64,000 bases of DNA from an uncultured Acidimicrobiales bacterium (GTDB lineage: Bacteria; Actinomycetota; Acidimicrobiia; Acidimicrobiales; RAAP-2), in assembly GCA_963730685.1 (NCBI GenBank), contig CAVSSP010000001.1, positions 1,687,767 to 1,751,766 on the forward strand, written 5' to 3'. Under the pieces are notes generated by a model. The model did no database searches and was not told the origin of the DNA. It worked only from the letters and a program-made list of their open reading frames with translations. A program made the position numbers and the translations under genes. Below, in pieces: positions 38,981-49,418 of the stretch (the stretch's first letter is position 1; the number at the start of each line of letters is the position of its first letter).

Positions 38981-41331
38981 GCGCGTCGCCTCGGGTCGGC
39001 CCCGCTGCTGACACGGCCGACCCGGCTGACCCGCCCCACCCGCCCGACCCGGCTGACCCGCCCGACCCGGCTGACCCGCCCCACCCGCCCGACCCGGCTG
39101 CCGATGGGGAGGGGGACGGCCGCAAGCTGGCCCAGTTGGCCGAACTGGTCGTGTCCGTGCTCCGGGGTGTCGGTTCGGCTGCCGAGCAGGACCTGGGGGA
39201 GCTCGGCATCGAGACGGTCCTCGATCTGATCACCCACTACCCCAGGCGGTACATCGACGGCACCCGCCTGGTGCCCATCGCCGACCTGGCCGTCGGGGAC
39301 AAGGCGTCGGTCCTGGCCCGGGTGTCGAAGGTGAGCCGACCCGGCTCCGGGTACGGACGGGGACGGCGCCGGCCCCCGTCACGGGTGGTGGTCGAGATCA
39401 CCGACGGGACCGGTCGCCTGAACGTGGTCTTCTTCAACCAGACGTGGCGGGCCAAGCAGCTGCCGGTCGGCACCACGGCCCTGTTCTACGGCACCATCGG
39501 GGCCTACCGGGGGGAGCTCCAACTCGGCAGCCCCACGGCCGAGGTCCTCCAGGCCGCCGACGAGGCACCTGAGGACGCCGGAGACAGCCCGGACCCCGAC
39601 GCCTCGGTGCGGTCGGGTCGGGTGTTCCCCGTCTACCCGTTGTCGGACAAGGCCAACCTGACCTCGGCCCGGATCAGCCGCTACGCCGGTGAGGCACTGG
39701 ACCGGGCCGGCCGGTTCGCCGACCCCCAGACGGCCGCCACCAGGGGGCGGTTCGGCCTGGTGGACCGTACCACCGCGTTCAACCACATCCACCGGCCGGG
39801 TGCCATGGCCGAGACCGAGCCGGCCCGCAGACGGCTGGCCTTCGACGAACTGTTCCGGCTGCAGCTGGCGCTGGTGCTCCGCCAGGCCCGGCTCCAAGGG
39901 GACGCCCGCGGCATCCGCCACGTCACCTCCCGGGAGGACGGGAGCCCGACCCTCGCCGAACGGTTCTTGGAGGAGCTCCCGTTCCGGCCCACCGGCGCCC
40001 AGCGGCGTGCCGTCGGCGTGATCCTCGAGGACCTGGCCGGCCCCCTGCCCATGCACCGGCTGCTCCAGGGTGACGTCGGGTCGGGCAAGACGGTCGTGGC
40101 GGTGGCCGCCATGCTCACGGCGGTGGAGGGTGGTCATCAGGCTGCCCTCATGGCGCCCACCGAGGTCCTGGCCGAACAGCACGCCGGCGGGGTGCGCGCC
40201 CTCCTCGACGGCCTGACCGTGGCGGATCCGTCCACGCTCGAGGGGACCCGTCCCCTGCGGGTGGCGCTGCTCACCAACAAGACCGGCGCCGCCGACCGGG
40301 CGTCGTTGCACGCCGGGCTGGCCGACGGCACCGTCGACCTGCTGATCGGCACGCACGCCCTCTTGACCGAGCACGTGGGGTTCCGGTCCCTGGGTGTCGT
40401 GGTCATCGACGAGCAGCACCGGTTCGGCGTGGAGCAGCGGGCCGCCCTCCGGGCCAAGGGCCGCGGCGACGACGGGGCCGGCCACGATCCCGACCTCCTG
40501 GTGATGACGGCCACCCCCATCCCCAGGACGGCGGCCATGGTCGTCTTCGGCGACCTCGACATGACCATCATCGACGAGATGCCAGAGGGGCGGCAGCCGG
40601 TGGCCACGGCGTGGCTCCGGACGCCGCTGGAGGCCGAGACGGCGTGGTCGCGGGTGCGCCACGAGGTCGCCGACGGCCGGCGGGCCTTCGTGGTGTGCCC
40701 GTTGGTGGACGGGTCCGAGCGGGTCCAGGCCACCTCGGCGGTGGCCGAGGCCGAGCGCCTGTCCGGGGCGGAGCTGGCCGGCCTGCGGGTGGGCCTGCTC
40801 CACGGCCAGCTCCCGTCGGCCGAGAAGGAGCAGGTGATGGCGGCCTTCCGGGCCGGCGACCTCGACGTGTTGGTGGCCACCACCGTGATCGAGGTCGGGG
40901 TGGACGTCTCCGAGGCCACGGTGATGGTCATCGAGGACGCCGACCGCTTCGGCATCGCCCAGCTACACCAGCTGCGGGGCCGGGTGGGTCGCGGCTCCGA
41001 CCCGTCGTGGTGCTACCTCCTGTCGGAGAACGACACCCCCGAGGCCGTCGCCCGGCTCGAGGCCATGGAACGGTCCACCGACGGGTTCGAACTGGCCGAG
41101 GTGGACCTCGGGATCAGGGGTGAGGGGACCATCCTCGGGGCCCGCCAGAAGGGCCGGAGCGATCTCAAGCTCGCCCGGCTGCTCTCCGACCGGGACCTGG
41201 TCGAACATGCCCGTGCCGTTGCCGAGGAGGTGGTGGCCGAGGATCCGGCCCTGTCCCGCCACCGGTTGCTGGAGGACGAGCTGCGCATCTTCATCGACGA
41301 GGACGAGGCCGAATTCCTCTTCAAGAGTTGA
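38977..41331 (+). CDS. recG: ATP-dependent DNA helicase RecG
   Basis: GDVGSGKT, DEQHRFGV, TATPIPRT, QLHQLRGRVGRG. GTGA overlap with yloV. N-terminal (ADPxxPP) repeats at 39016-39100, so the true start may be further downstream. Confidence 0.9.
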   Translation: MSASPRVGPAADTADPADPPHPPDPADPPDPADPPHPPDPAADGEGDGRKLAQLAELVVSVLRGVGSAAEQDLGELGIETVLDLITHYPRRYIDGTRLVPIADLAVGDKASVLARVSKVSRPGSGYGRGRRRPPSRVVVEITDGTGRLNVVFFNQTWRAKQLPVGTTALFYGTIGAYRGELQLGSPTAEVLQAADEAPEDAGDSPDPDASVRSGRVFPVYPLSDKANLTSARISRYAGEALDRAGRFADPQTAATRGRFGLVDRTTAFNHIHRPGAMAETEPARRRLAFDELFRLQLALVLRQARLQGDARGIRHVTSREDGSPTLAERFLEELPFRPTGAQRRAVGVILEDLAGPLPMHRLLQGDVGSGKTVVAVAAMLTAVEGGHQAALMAPTEVLAEQHAGGVRALLDGLTVADPSTLEGTRPLRVALLTNKTGAADRASLHAGLADGTVDLLIGTHALLTEHVGFRSLGVVVIDEQHRFGVEQRAALRAKGRGDDGAGHDPDLLVMTATPIPRTAAMVVFGDLDMTIIDEMPEGRQPVATAWLRTPLEAETAWSRVRHEVADGRRAFVVCPLVDGSERVQATSAVAEAERLSGAELAGLRVGLLHGQLPSAEKEQVMAAFRAGDLDVLVATTVIEVGVDVSEATVMVIEDADRFGIAQLHQLRGRVGRGSDPSWCYLLSENDTPEAVARLEAMERSTDGFELAEVDLGIRGEGTILGARQKGRSDLKLARLLSDRDLVEHARAVAEEVVAEDPALSRHRLLEDELRIFIDEDEAEFLFKS

Positions 41332-41423
41332 GCCCCGCGACCCGGGCCGCCCGGTCCCGGCTGATCCTGGGAGCGGGGAGGGGGCCGATAGGCTGGCGTC
41401 ATGGATCGGCCTGGAGCGCGTCG

Positions 41424-41981
41424 GTGCGGGTGATCGCGGGAGAGTTGCGGGGTCGGCGCCTGGCCGCCCCGGTCGGAGCGGGCGTCCGGCCGACATCGGA
41501 CCGGGTCCGCGAGGCGATCTTCGACATCCTCTACAGCCTGGGCGGCGTCGAGGGCCTGCAGGTGGCCGACCTCTTCGCCGGCACCGGGGCCCTGGGCATC
41601 GAGGCGCTGTCCCGGGGTGCGTCCTCGGTGACCTTCGTAGAGCGGGATCCGCTGTCGGTGGCCGCCATCCGCCGGAACCTCGAGTTCGTGGGGCTCGGCG
41701 ACGGGGAGCGTGCCGGCGACGCCACCGTGGTGCGGGCCGACGTCGACTCCTGGGTCGCCTCCACCGCGTCACGGTACGACCTCGTGCTGTGCGATCCGCC
41801 CTACGGCTACGACAACTGGGAAGCGCTGATCGACCGGCTGCCTGCCGACCTCGCCGTCCTGGAGTCCGGCGTCGAGATCTCACCCCCTGTCACCTGGGGG
41901 GTCATCAAAACCCGGCGGTATGGAGGTACCATCGTCACCGTGGCCCGTCCGGCACTGGTCACGGAGAAAGGTGTCTCGTGA
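41424..41981 (+). CDS. rsmD: 16S rRNA (guanine966-N2)-methyltransferase
   Basis: RVIAGELRGRRL, RPTSDRVREAIF, DLFAGTGALGIEALSRGA, DPPY. GTG 41424 chosen as start. Confidence 0.85.
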   Translation: MRVIAGELRGRRLAAPVGAGVRPTSDRVREAIFDILYSLGGVEGLQVADLFAGTGALGIEALSRGASSVTFVERDPLSVAAIRRNLEFVGLGDGERAGDATVVRADVDSWVASTASRYDLVLCDPPYGYDNWEALIDRLPADLAVLESGVEISPPVTWGVIKTRRYGGTIVTVARPALVTEKGVS

Positions 41982-42460
41982 GGATTGCATTGATCCCCGG
42001 GTCCTTCGACCCGGTTCACAATGGGCACCTCGAGGTAATCGAGCGTGCCGCCCGCCTGTTCGACGAGGTCGTGGTGGCCACGCTGCGCAACCCGCAGAAG
42101 AGCGAGGCGCTGTTCGAGCTCGAAGAGCGCCAGGAGATGCTCGAGGAGTCGCTCGCCCACCTCGTCAACGTGAGGATCGTGTCGGTGTCCACCCTGGTGG
42201 TGAATGTGGCGCACGACGTGGGCGCCAGCGCCATCGTCAAGGGCCTCCGGGCCGTGTCGGACTTCGAGAACGAACTGCAGATGGCCCAGATGAACAAGCA
42301 GCTCTCCGGGGTGGAGACCCTCTTCATCCCCACCAGCTCGGCCCACTCGTTCATCGCCTCGCGCCTGTTGCGCGAGGTGGCCCGCTTCGGGGGGGACGTG
42401 ACGTCCTTCGTCCCCAAGGTGGTGGCGCTCCGGCTGCAGGAGAAGTTCGCCGATGAGTGA
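41978..42460 (+). CDS. coaD: Phosphopantetheine adenylyltransferase
   Basis: IALIPGSFDPVHNGHLEVI...IVKGLRAVSDFE. GTGA overlap with rsmD. Confidence 0.95.
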   Translation: MRIALIPGSFDPVHNGHLEVIERAARLFDEVVVATLRNPQKSEALFELEERQEMLEESLAHLVNVRIVSVSTLVVNVAHDVGASAIVKGLRAVSDFENELQMAQMNKQLSGVETLFIPTSSAHSFIASRLLREVARFGGDVTSFVPKVVALRLQEKFADE

Positions 42461-43064
42461 CCTGTTCGAGGATCTCGACCAGCAGCGGGCGGCCGGCGAG
42501 GAGCACGACTCCGAGGCCCTGATCCGGGTGGCCCTCGACCTGGTCCAGACGGCCAAGGCCATGCCGCTGTCGGCGTCGGTCCTGGTCTCGCGTGACGAGT
42601 TGGCCGAGCTCCTCCAGGCCGCCCTCGACCGCATGCCCGACGAGTTGCGCCAGGCCAGGTGGCTGCTGAAGGAGCGCGACGAGTTCCTGGCCGAAAAGGA
42701 GCGAGAGGCCGAGGTGCTGCTCGAAGAGGTCCGGGTCCAGGCCGAGCGGATGGTCCAGCGGACCGAGATCGTACGCCAGGCCAACCACGTGGCCCAGCGC
42801 ATCCTCGACGATGCCAACGAGGAGGCGCGCCGGCTCCGTCACGAGGCGGAGGACTACGCCGACCAGAAGTTGGCCAGCTTCGAGATCGTGCTGGACCGGA
42901 CGATGAAGACCGTCCAGGCCGGGCGCGAGAAGCTGCAGGTCACGCCGTTGCCCAAGGTCGAGATCGGCGAAGGCGGCAACACCTCGCTGGCCTCGAGCGT
43001 GCCGGGGGCGGCCAAGTTGGGCGTCGAGGACCCGGAGGGCTTCTTCGACCAGGACCTCGCCTGA
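42453..43064 (+). CDS. Conserved coiled-coil protein of unknown function
   Basis: Charged heptad-like sequence (ELRQARWLLKERDEFLAEKEREAEVLLEE...). The ATG overlaps the coaD stop. Confidence 0.6.
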   Translation: MSDLFEDLDQQRAAGEEHDSEALIRVALDLVQTAKAMPLSASVLVSRDELAELLQAALDRMPDELRQARWLLKERDEFLAEKEREAEVLLEEVRVQAERMVQRTEIVRQANHVAQRILDDANEEARRLRHEAEDYADQKLASFEIVLDRTMKTVQAGREKLQVTPLPKVEIGEGGNTSLASSVPGAAKLGVEDPEGFFDQDLA

Positions 43065-43078
43065 ACCGGCGGTAGCCG

Positions 43079-43621
43079 ATGCCAGCCACCGCCTCACCGC
43101 CGCGCCGCTCCCGCCCCTTCTCGGTCCAGGTCGCCGCCCTGCGCAAGACGGCCGGCACCACCCGGCACGAGGTGCGCCGCGGGATGATCCAGGACCTGGA
43201 CCTTGCCTCGGTGGGGGTGTCGGTCCCCGAGGGTGAACCGGTCGACGTGGACCTGGTCCTCAGCTCCTATCCGGGCGGGATCTCCGCCACGGGCACCGTG
43301 TCCACCCGGTGGGTGGGGGAGTGCCGTCGGTGCGGCGGCCCGGCGGGGGGAACCCTGGTGGCAGAGGTGCGCGAGCGGTTCGCACCGACCGGGGGCACCG
43401 ATCGTGACGAGGAGGCGTATCCCCTCGACGGTGACGAGCTCGACCTCGAGCCGCTGGCCCGGGACGCCGTCCTGCTCGACCTGCCGCTGGCCCCGTTGTG
43501 CACGCCGGACTGTCTGGGGCTGTGTCCCCAGTGCGGGACCAACTGGAACGTGGGACCCTGTGCGTGCCGACCGGCGGGTGATCCCCGCTGGGCGGCACTC
43601 GACGCCCTGCGTGATCACTGA
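43079..43621 (+). CDS. YceD/DUF177 family protein
   Basis: CxRC ... CxxDCxGLCPxCG motif and conserved position directly upstream of rpmF. Confidence 0.85.
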   Translation: MPATASPPRRSRPFSVQVAALRKTAGTTRHEVRRGMIQDLDLASVGVSVPEGEPVDVDLVLSSYPGGISATGTVSTRWVGECRRCGGPAGGTLVAEVRERFAPTGGTDRDEEAYPLDGDELDLEPLARDAVLLDLPLAPLCTPDCLGLCPQCGTNWNVGPCACRPAGDPRWAALDALRDH

Positions 43622-43651
43622 GCCCACGATTTCGCCTAGGATCACCCCTCT

Positions 43652-43831
43652 ATGGCCGTCCCCAAGAAGAAGACCTCCAAGTCGAAGACCCGAAGCCGCC
43701 GGGCATCCAACTGGGTGCTGAAGGCGCCGGCGCGTTCCGTCTGTCCCCAGTGCACCTCCGCCAAGCTGCCCCATGTGGTCTGCCCGAACTGCGGATGGTA
43801 CAAAGGCCGGCAGGCCCTCGAAGTCGACTAA
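43652..43831 (+). CDS. rpmF: 50S ribosomal protein L32 (Cys-containing form)
   Basis: Own translation; at 59 aa it is below the ORF-track cutoff. MAVPKKKTSKSKTRSRRASNWVLKAPARSVCPQCTSAKLPHVVCPNCGWYKGRQALEVD. Confidence 0.9.
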   Translation: MAVPKKKTSKSKTRSRRASNWVLKAPARSVCPQCTSAKLPHVVCPNCGWYKGRQALEVD

Positions 43832-44934
43832 TGGTGCGCAGGGCAGCGCGCCCGACCGGTGCGGCGTTGGCCGCGCTCCCCGTGGCGGTCGACGCCATGG
43901 GCGGGGACCGGGCCCCCGAGGAGATCGTTGCCGGTGCCCGTCGGGTCGCCGACACGACGGACATCAAGGTGGTCCTGGTCGGGCTTCCCGGGGGGATGGG
44001 CGACATCGGCACCCTCGCCACCATCGATGCCAGCGAGATCATCGGTATGGACGACGATCCCGGCCAGGGCGTGCGCAGGAAGAAGGACTCCTCGCTGGTC
44101 AGGGCGGCCGAGGCCGTCCGGGACGGCAGGGCCCTGGCCATGGTGTCGGCCGGCAACACCGGAGCGACCATGGCCTCGGCGCTCCTCCGGATGGGTCGGC
44201 TCCCCGGTGTGATCCGCCCCGCCATCGCCAGCCCCGTCCCGTGCCCCGGCCGCAAATGGCCGACCGTGCTCCTCGATTCGGGGGCCAACGCCGAGTGCTC
44301 GGCCCAGATGCTCGTCCAGTTCGCCCACATGGGGGCGGCGTTCGTCCGCAAGCGTTACGACGTCGAGCGACCGAGGGTCGCCCTGCTGTCGATCGGTGAG
44401 GAGAAGTCCAAGGGAAGCCCCCTGGTGAAGGAGGCCCACGGGCTGCTCGCCGGCTCGGGGATCCCCGGTGCCGACTTCATCGGCAACGTCGAGGGTCGCG
44501 ACTTCTTCGCCGGGGTGGCCGACGTCATCGTCACCGACGGGTTCACCGGCAACGTCGCCCTCAAGACCATGGAGGGGTCGCTCCGGTTCCTGATCGGCGC
44601 TCTGGGCGACGTCCTCGGCCGACCCGAGCTGAGCGAGGCCACCGCCGCCCTCTCCCCCCACCTGCTGGCGCTGGCCGCCGACCTCGACCCCGAGTCCGTC
44701 GGTGGCGCCATGCTCCTCGGCGTGGATGGCGTCTGTGTCATCAGCCACGGCTCGTCGTCGTCGGTGGCCATCGTCAACGCCATCACCGTCGCCCACGACC
44801 TGGCGGTGGCGGGACTGGTGGACGCGGTGGCCGGGTCGGTGGCCGAGGCGGTGGCCGAGGCGGTGGCCGAGTCGGTGGCCGAGCCAGCCGGTGAGCCCAC
44901 CGGCGGGCGGCCGGCCGACACACCCGTCAACTAG
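43831..44934 (+). CDS. plsX: Phosphate acyltransferase PlsX
   Basis: VAVDAMGGDRAPEE, SAGNTGA, DGFTGNVALKT, GSS. TAATG overlap with rpmF. C-terminal (VAEA)n repeat at ~44820-44890. Confidence 0.9.
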   Translation: MVRRAARPTGAALAALPVAVDAMGGDRAPEEIVAGARRVADTTDIKVVLVGLPGGMGDIGTLATIDASEIIGMDDDPGQGVRRKKDSSLVRAAEAVRDGRALAMVSAGNTGATMASALLRMGRLPGVIRPAIASPVPCPGRKWPTVLLDSGANAECSAQMLVQFAHMGAAFVRKRYDVERPRVALLSIGEEKSKGSPLVKEAHGLLAGSGIPGADFIGNVEGRDFFAGVADVIVTDGFTGNVALKTMEGSLRFLIGALGDVLGRPELSEATAALSPHLLALAADLDPESVGGAMLLGVDGVCVISHGSSSSVAIVNAITVAHDLAVAGLVDAVAGSVAEAVAEAVAESVAEPAGEPTGGRPADTPVN

Positions 44935-44974
44935 CCGGAGCCCGACGCGCCCAGCCAGCCGTCGGCCGATGCGG

Positions 44975-45937
44975 TCAACCGCTCCGACTGGCTCCCCAGA
45001 AGTCGCCCAGCATGGTGGCGTCCTCGGCGCCCTGGCGGGCACCCATGGCGAGCGCCTTCGCCACGGACGTCGGGTTCATCAATTCCGTGAGATCGACCTC
45101 GGCGGGCATCCGCACCACCACCTCGGCCCCTGACGCCTTCAGGTCCTCGAGCTCTTGTTGGCCCTCGCCCGGGTGGGAGGTCATCATCCCCTCGGTCACC
45201 TCCGAGCCGTCGGTCAGGGCCAGCACCAGCACCCGCCTGGCGCCGGCCAGGAGGTCGAGATGGACACCGGTGCCGCTGACGCCGCCGTCCATCAGGCGCC
45301 GGTCACCGATGGGCTGGGGGGCGAAGATCCCCGGCACCGCACTGCTGGCCGCCACCGCCCGGGCCACCGTCGTCCCCGAGTCGGCGGTCACCACGCAACG
45401 TTCGCCGGTGTAGGCGTCGACGCAGGTGATGTGGAGCGCGGCCGACGGCCACCGCCCGGTGCCCACGACCAGGGAGATGTTGCGCCTGGTCACCTCCGGT
45501 CTGGGTGTCACCGCGGCCAGGGCGGCATGCCCGATGGCCTGCACGGTCGGCGGATCTCCGTCGGTGGCCTTGATGAACAGCTCGAGGGCGCGGTTCTGGC
45601 TGGGTTGGAGCTCACCCGTCGGGGCCATGGTCGCCACCAGGGCCGGGACCTTCGACAGGACCGACACCTCGGAGTGGAGCCGCTTCAGCTTCCCCGATGT
45701 CACCGCCGAGGAGACGATGGAGCCCGCCGAGGTCCCGACCACCCGGTCGGCGATGTCCACCTTGACCCCGTGCAGGGCCAGGGTCTGGAGGTAGGAGACC
45801 TGCCAGGCCACGAAGAAGAGCCCGCCGCCACCCAGGCAGAGGCCCCGCTCGGTGCCGGCGCCGTACCGGGCGGGAAACGAGCGGGGGAGGGCCAGGTCCT
45901 TCGGGGCTGGCTTGGTGGAGGACGTCCGAAGCGGCAT
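44975..45937 (-). CDS. Patatin-like phospholipase
   Basis: GGGG oxyanion motif, GTSAGS (GxSxG) and DGG catalytic Asp motif. Start trimmed to ATG 45937. Confidence 0.85.
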   Translation of the reverse strand: MPLRTSSTKPAPKDLALPRSFPARYGAGTERGLCLGGGGLFFVAWQVSYLQTLALHGVKVDIADRVVGTSAGSIVSSAVTSGKLKRLHSEVSVLSKVPALVATMAPTGELQPSQNRALELFIKATDGDPPTVQAIGHAALAAVTPRPEVTRRNISLVVGTGRWPSAALHITCVDAYTGERCVVTADSGTTVARAVAASSAVPGIFAPQPIGDRRLMDGGVSGTGVHLDLLAGARRVLVLALTDGSEVTEGMMTSHPGEGQQELEDLKASGAEVVVRMPAEVDLTELMNPTSVAKALAMGARQGAEDATMLGDFWGASRSG

Positions 45938-45991
45938 CCGCACAACGATACCGGCCTGTCCCGGATCGATGATCACGGCGACGGCCGCGGT

Positions 45992-46027
45992 CACGCCACG
46001 GCCCCGTGGCACGCCACGGCCCCGGGG
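45992..46027. repeat. 18-bp direct repeat x2 in the divergent patatin/sugar-transporter intergenic region
   Basis: cacgccacggccccgtgg / cacgccacggccccgggg are adjacent. Possible operator. Confidence 0.5.
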
Positions 46028-46116
46028 CACAGGCGACGACGGACGGGCACATGACGACGCCCCCGGGAGTGGGTTCGCCGCTCACGACCCCGATCGCAGT
46101 AGGGTCCCCCGGCGGT

Positions 46117-47577
46117 ATGGCTGCTGCACCGAACGACGCAGGGGTGACCGACGGGGGTGCCGGGCGGCGGCGCACCACGCCGACCATGCCCATCACGCTC
46201 CTGGCGGTGGGGCTGGTCATCATGCTGGCCGGGCTCCTGTTCGGCTACGACCAGGGCGTCATCTCCGGGGCGCTGGACGGCATCCAGAAGGACTTCTCCG
46301 TCGGCACCCTGCTGCTGGAGGTGATCACCAGTTGGGTGACCCTCGGCGCCATGGTCGGTGCGCTGGTGGCCGGCGGCGCGGCCGACCGCATCGGGCGGCG
46401 GCTCACCATCGTGGCCGCCGCCGTCCTCTTCGTCGCCGGCGCCCTGATCGAAGCCCTCGCACCCGGGGCATACGTCCTGGTGGTCGGCCGCCTGCTGGTC
46501 GGGTTCGGGGTCGGCGTGGCGTCGGTGGCCGCCCCGCTCTACGCCTCCGAGATGGCCCCCAGCCGGGTGCGGGGGCGCATGATCTCCCTCTACCAGCTGG
46601 CCATCACCATGGGCATCTTCATCGCCTACTTCGCCGACTACCTCCTGGTGAACGGGGACCGGTGGCGGGCGATGCTCGGGGTGTCCGCCATCCCCGGGGT
46701 GCTGTTGGTGCTGGCCGTCCTCCCACTGCCCGACTCGCCCCGCTGGTACGTGAAGATGGGGCGGCACGAGCGGGCCCGGGACACGCTCCACAAGGTGGAG
46801 CCCGGCGTCGACATCGGGCGGGAGCTCGAGGCCATCGAGGAGCTCGACGCCGAAGAGGCGGCCGGGACCTGGCGGGAGGTGTTCGCCGCCCGTTGGCGGC
46901 GACCCCTGGTCATCGGGGTCCTGCTGGCCGTGCTCCAGCAGCTCACCGGCATCAACGCCGTGATCTACTACGCCGACAAGATCTTCGCCGCCGCCGGGTT
47001 CGCATCGCCGGCGGGCCAGAGCCTGGCCACCCTCCTCGCCATCGGCGCCGTGAACGTGGTGGCCACGTTCATCGCCGTGGCCTATGTCGACCACTTCGGC
47101 CGGAAGCCGCTCCTGCTCGTCGGCTCGGTGGGCATGGGCGTCAGCTTGGTGGTGGTGGGGACGATGTTCGAGGTGATGGGGCGCCCGTCGGCCCCCTCCG
47201 GATCGGGCACCACCACCGCAGGCATCGTCACGCTCATCGCCCTGGTGGTGTTCATCGCCTCGTTCGCGTTCTCGCTCGGACCGGTGGTCTGGACCATCAT
47301 CAACGAGATCTACCCCTCGCACATCCGGGGCAAGGGGGTGGCGGTGGCGACGGCGGCCAACTGGCTGGCGGCCTGGGTGGTCAGCCAGTTCTTCTTGTCC
47401 CTGGTCGGCCTGATCACCGAAGCCGGGACGTTCTGGCTGTTCGCTGGGTTCTGCGCGGTCACCTACGTCTTCGTCCGGCGGTTCGTCCCCGAGACGAAGG
47501 GCAGGACCCTCGAGCAGGTCGAACGCCTCTGGGGCGATCCCGAAGCCGTGCGGCGGGCCATTGCCGACCGACCGTAA
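46117..47577 (+). CDS. MFS sugar:proton symporter
   Basis: LFGYDQGVISGA, GRR, PDSPRWY, VPETKGRTLEQ sugar-porter signatures. 12 TM segments. Confidence 0.9.
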   Translation: MAAAPNDAGVTDGGAGRRRTTPTMPITLLAVGLVIMLAGLLFGYDQGVISGALDGIQKDFSVGTLLLEVITSWVTLGAMVGALVAGGAADRIGRRLTIVAAAVLFVAGALIEALAPGAYVLVVGRLLVGFGVGVASVAAPLYASEMAPSRVRGRMISLYQLAITMGIFIAYFADYLLVNGDRWRAMLGVSAIPGVLLVLAVLPLPDSPRWYVKMGRHERARDTLHKVEPGVDIGRELEAIEELDAEEAAGTWREVFAARWRRPLVIGVLLAVLQQLTGINAVIYYADKIFAAAGFASPAGQSLATLLAIGAVNVVATFIAVAYVDHFGRKPLLLVGSVGMGVSLVVVGTMFEVMGRPSAPSGSGTTTAGIVTLIALVVFIASFAFSLGPVVWTIINEIYPSHIRGKGVAVATAANWLAAWVVSQFFLSLVGLITEAGTFWLFAGFCAVTYVFVRRFVPETKGRTLEQVERLWGDPEAVRRAIADRP

Positions 47578-47599
47578 CGGGGACGGGGAGGGGAGGGGA

Positions 47600-48913
47600 C
47601 TACCGCTGGAGCAGGTCCTTGGCGATGTGGGTGATCTGGATCTCGTCGGTTCCGGCGTAGATCTGGAACACCTTGGCGTCACGGGCCAGCTGCTCCACCC
47701 GGAACTCGGCCATGTACCCGTTTCCGCCGAACAGCTGGACGGCCTCCATGGCCACCTCGGAGGCGGCCTGGGCCGAGTAGAGCTTCATGGCCGAGGCCTC
47801 GGCCAGGGTCAGGGTCTTGCCGGCCTCGGACAGCTCGATGTGCCGGAAGACCAGGTTCTGCACGTTGAGGCGGGCCACCTCCATCTTCGCCAGCTTGAGC
47901 TGGATGAGCTGGCGGTCCCCGATCGGCCGCTCCCACAGCATCCGGTTCTTGGCGTACTCCACCGACAGCTTCAGGCACTCCTCGATGACCCCGAGCGACA
48001 TGGCGGCCAGCCCGGCCCGCTCGGTGACGAAGTTGCCCTTGGCCGAGTCCCGCCCGCTACCGGCCCGCTCGTCCTCGGTCTCACCCAACAGGTGCTCCCG
48101 GCCCACCCGCACATCGGTCAGGAACAGCTCGCCCGTGGGCGACGAGTGCAGCCCCATCTTGCGGAACGGTTTGGACTGCTCCAGTCCGGGTGTTCCCCTG
48201 TCGAGGACGAAGGTCAGCACCTGGCGGTCGCGGATGGGGGTGTCCGACCCGTCGTCCAGCTTGGCGTAGAACACGATGGTGTCGGCGAAGGGCCCGTTGG
48301 TGATGAATGTCTTGGACCCGTTGAGGATGTACTCGTCGCCGTCCCGGCGGGCGGTGGACTTCATCCCGCCGAGCGCGTCGGAACCGGAGTCGGGCTCGGT
48401 GATGGCCCAGGCGCCGACCTTGTCACCGGTCAGGAGGTCGAGTCCCCATCGCTCCATCTGGGACGGCGTGCCCTGCTTCATGATGGTCCCCCCGGCCAAC
48501 CCGGCGCTCACCCCCATGGCGGTGACGATGCCCGGGCAGTAGTGGCACAGCTCGATGATGGGGATCAAGGTCATGGCGGCGGCACCGCCGTCGCCCCGGC
48601 GTCCGGCGGCCGCCTCCCCGGTGTCCCCGGTGTCCCCGGTGTCCCCGGTGTCCCCGGCTGCCGTTGTGGCCCCGGCACCCGCTCCGGCGCCGGGGCCGGC
48701 GCCGCCGAGCTCGGCCGACCTGCGGTCCAGCTGCTTCTTGAACCGGTCGCGGGCGAGCTGGTCCATGCCGAAGGTGGCGTAGAGCTTCGAGATGATGCCG
48801 TAGGGCGGCAGATCGCCGTGCTCCAGGGCCTCGATGTTGGGGACGACCTCGGCGTCGATGAAGCGCCGGATGGCGTCCCGGATCATCAGCTGCTCTTCTG
48901 ACCACTCGAACAC
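47600..48913 (-). CDS. Acyl-CoA dehydrogenase with Gly/Ala/Thr-Asp repeat insertion
   Basis: ITEPDSGSDA, NGSKTFITNG, QLFGGNGY, YAGTDEIQ. GDTGDTGDTGDTG is encoded by a 9-bp x4 repeat at ~48619-48655. Confidence 0.9.
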   Translation of the reverse strand: MFEWSEEQLMIRDAIRRFIDAEVVPNIEALEHGDLPPYGIISKLYATFGMDQLARDRFKKQLDRRSAELGGAGPGAGAGAGATTAAGDTGDTGDTGDTGEAAAGRRGDGGAAAMTLIPIIELCHYCPGIVTAMGVSAGLAGGTIMKQGTPSQMERWGLDLLTGDKVGAWAITEPDSGSDALGGMKSTARRDGDEYILNGSKTFITNGPFADTIVFYAKLDDGSDTPIRDRQVLTFVLDRGTPGLEQSKPFRKMGLHSSPTGELFLTDVRVGREHLLGETEDERAGSGRDSAKGNFVTERAGLAAMSLGVIEECLKLSVEYAKNRMLWERPIGDRQLIQLKLAKMEVARLNVQNLVFRHIELSEAGKTLTLAEASAMKLYSAQAASEVAMEAVQLFGGNGYMAEFRVEQLARDAKVFQIYAGTDEIQITHIAKDLLQR

Positions 48914-48990
48914 GTTCGCCCTCCGTCATCGGTGCGAGCCGTCGGTACTCGCTGGCCCGAGGCTAACCGAGGTCGGCCTACAGTCGGGGC

Positions 48991-49383
48991 GTGCGAGTCA
49001 AGCGCGAACCCGACCGCCCCGCCTACGAGCGATGGGGGGGCGAGCCCTTCTTCACCGCCCTGGTGGGGCGGTTCTACGAGGGTGTGTCGACGGATCCACT
49101 CCTGCGGCCCATGTACCCGGCCGACCTGTCCGAGTCGAAGGCCCATCTGGCCATGTTCCTGATGCAGTACTGGGGCGGACCGCCCACCTACAGCGAGCAG
49201 CGGGGCCATCCCCGGCTCCGGATGCGCCACGCCCCCTTCGCCATCGGGCAGGCGCAGTCCGAGGCGTGGCTGCGCCACATGACCGACGCCGTGGCCGCCT
49301 CGGGGCTGGGCCCCGACGACCGACAGGAGCTCCTCGACTATCTGTCGATGGCGGCCCGCAGCCTGGTCAACGCCGACACCTGA
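48991..49383 (+). CDS. glbO: Group II truncated haemoglobin
   Basis: FYEGVSTDPLLRPMYP...FLMQYWGGPPTYSEQRGHPRLRMRHAPF, a typical trHbO sequence. Confidence 0.9.
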   Translation: MRVKREPDRPAYERWGGEPFFTALVGRFYEGVSTDPLLRPMYPADLSESKAHLAMFLMQYWGGPPTYSEQRGHPRLRMRHAPFAIGQAQSEAWLRHMTDAVAASGLGPDDRQELLDYLSMAARSLVNADT

Positions 49384-49418
49384 GCGCCCGGGTCACCCCC
49401 GGCTCCCGCCCCCGATCG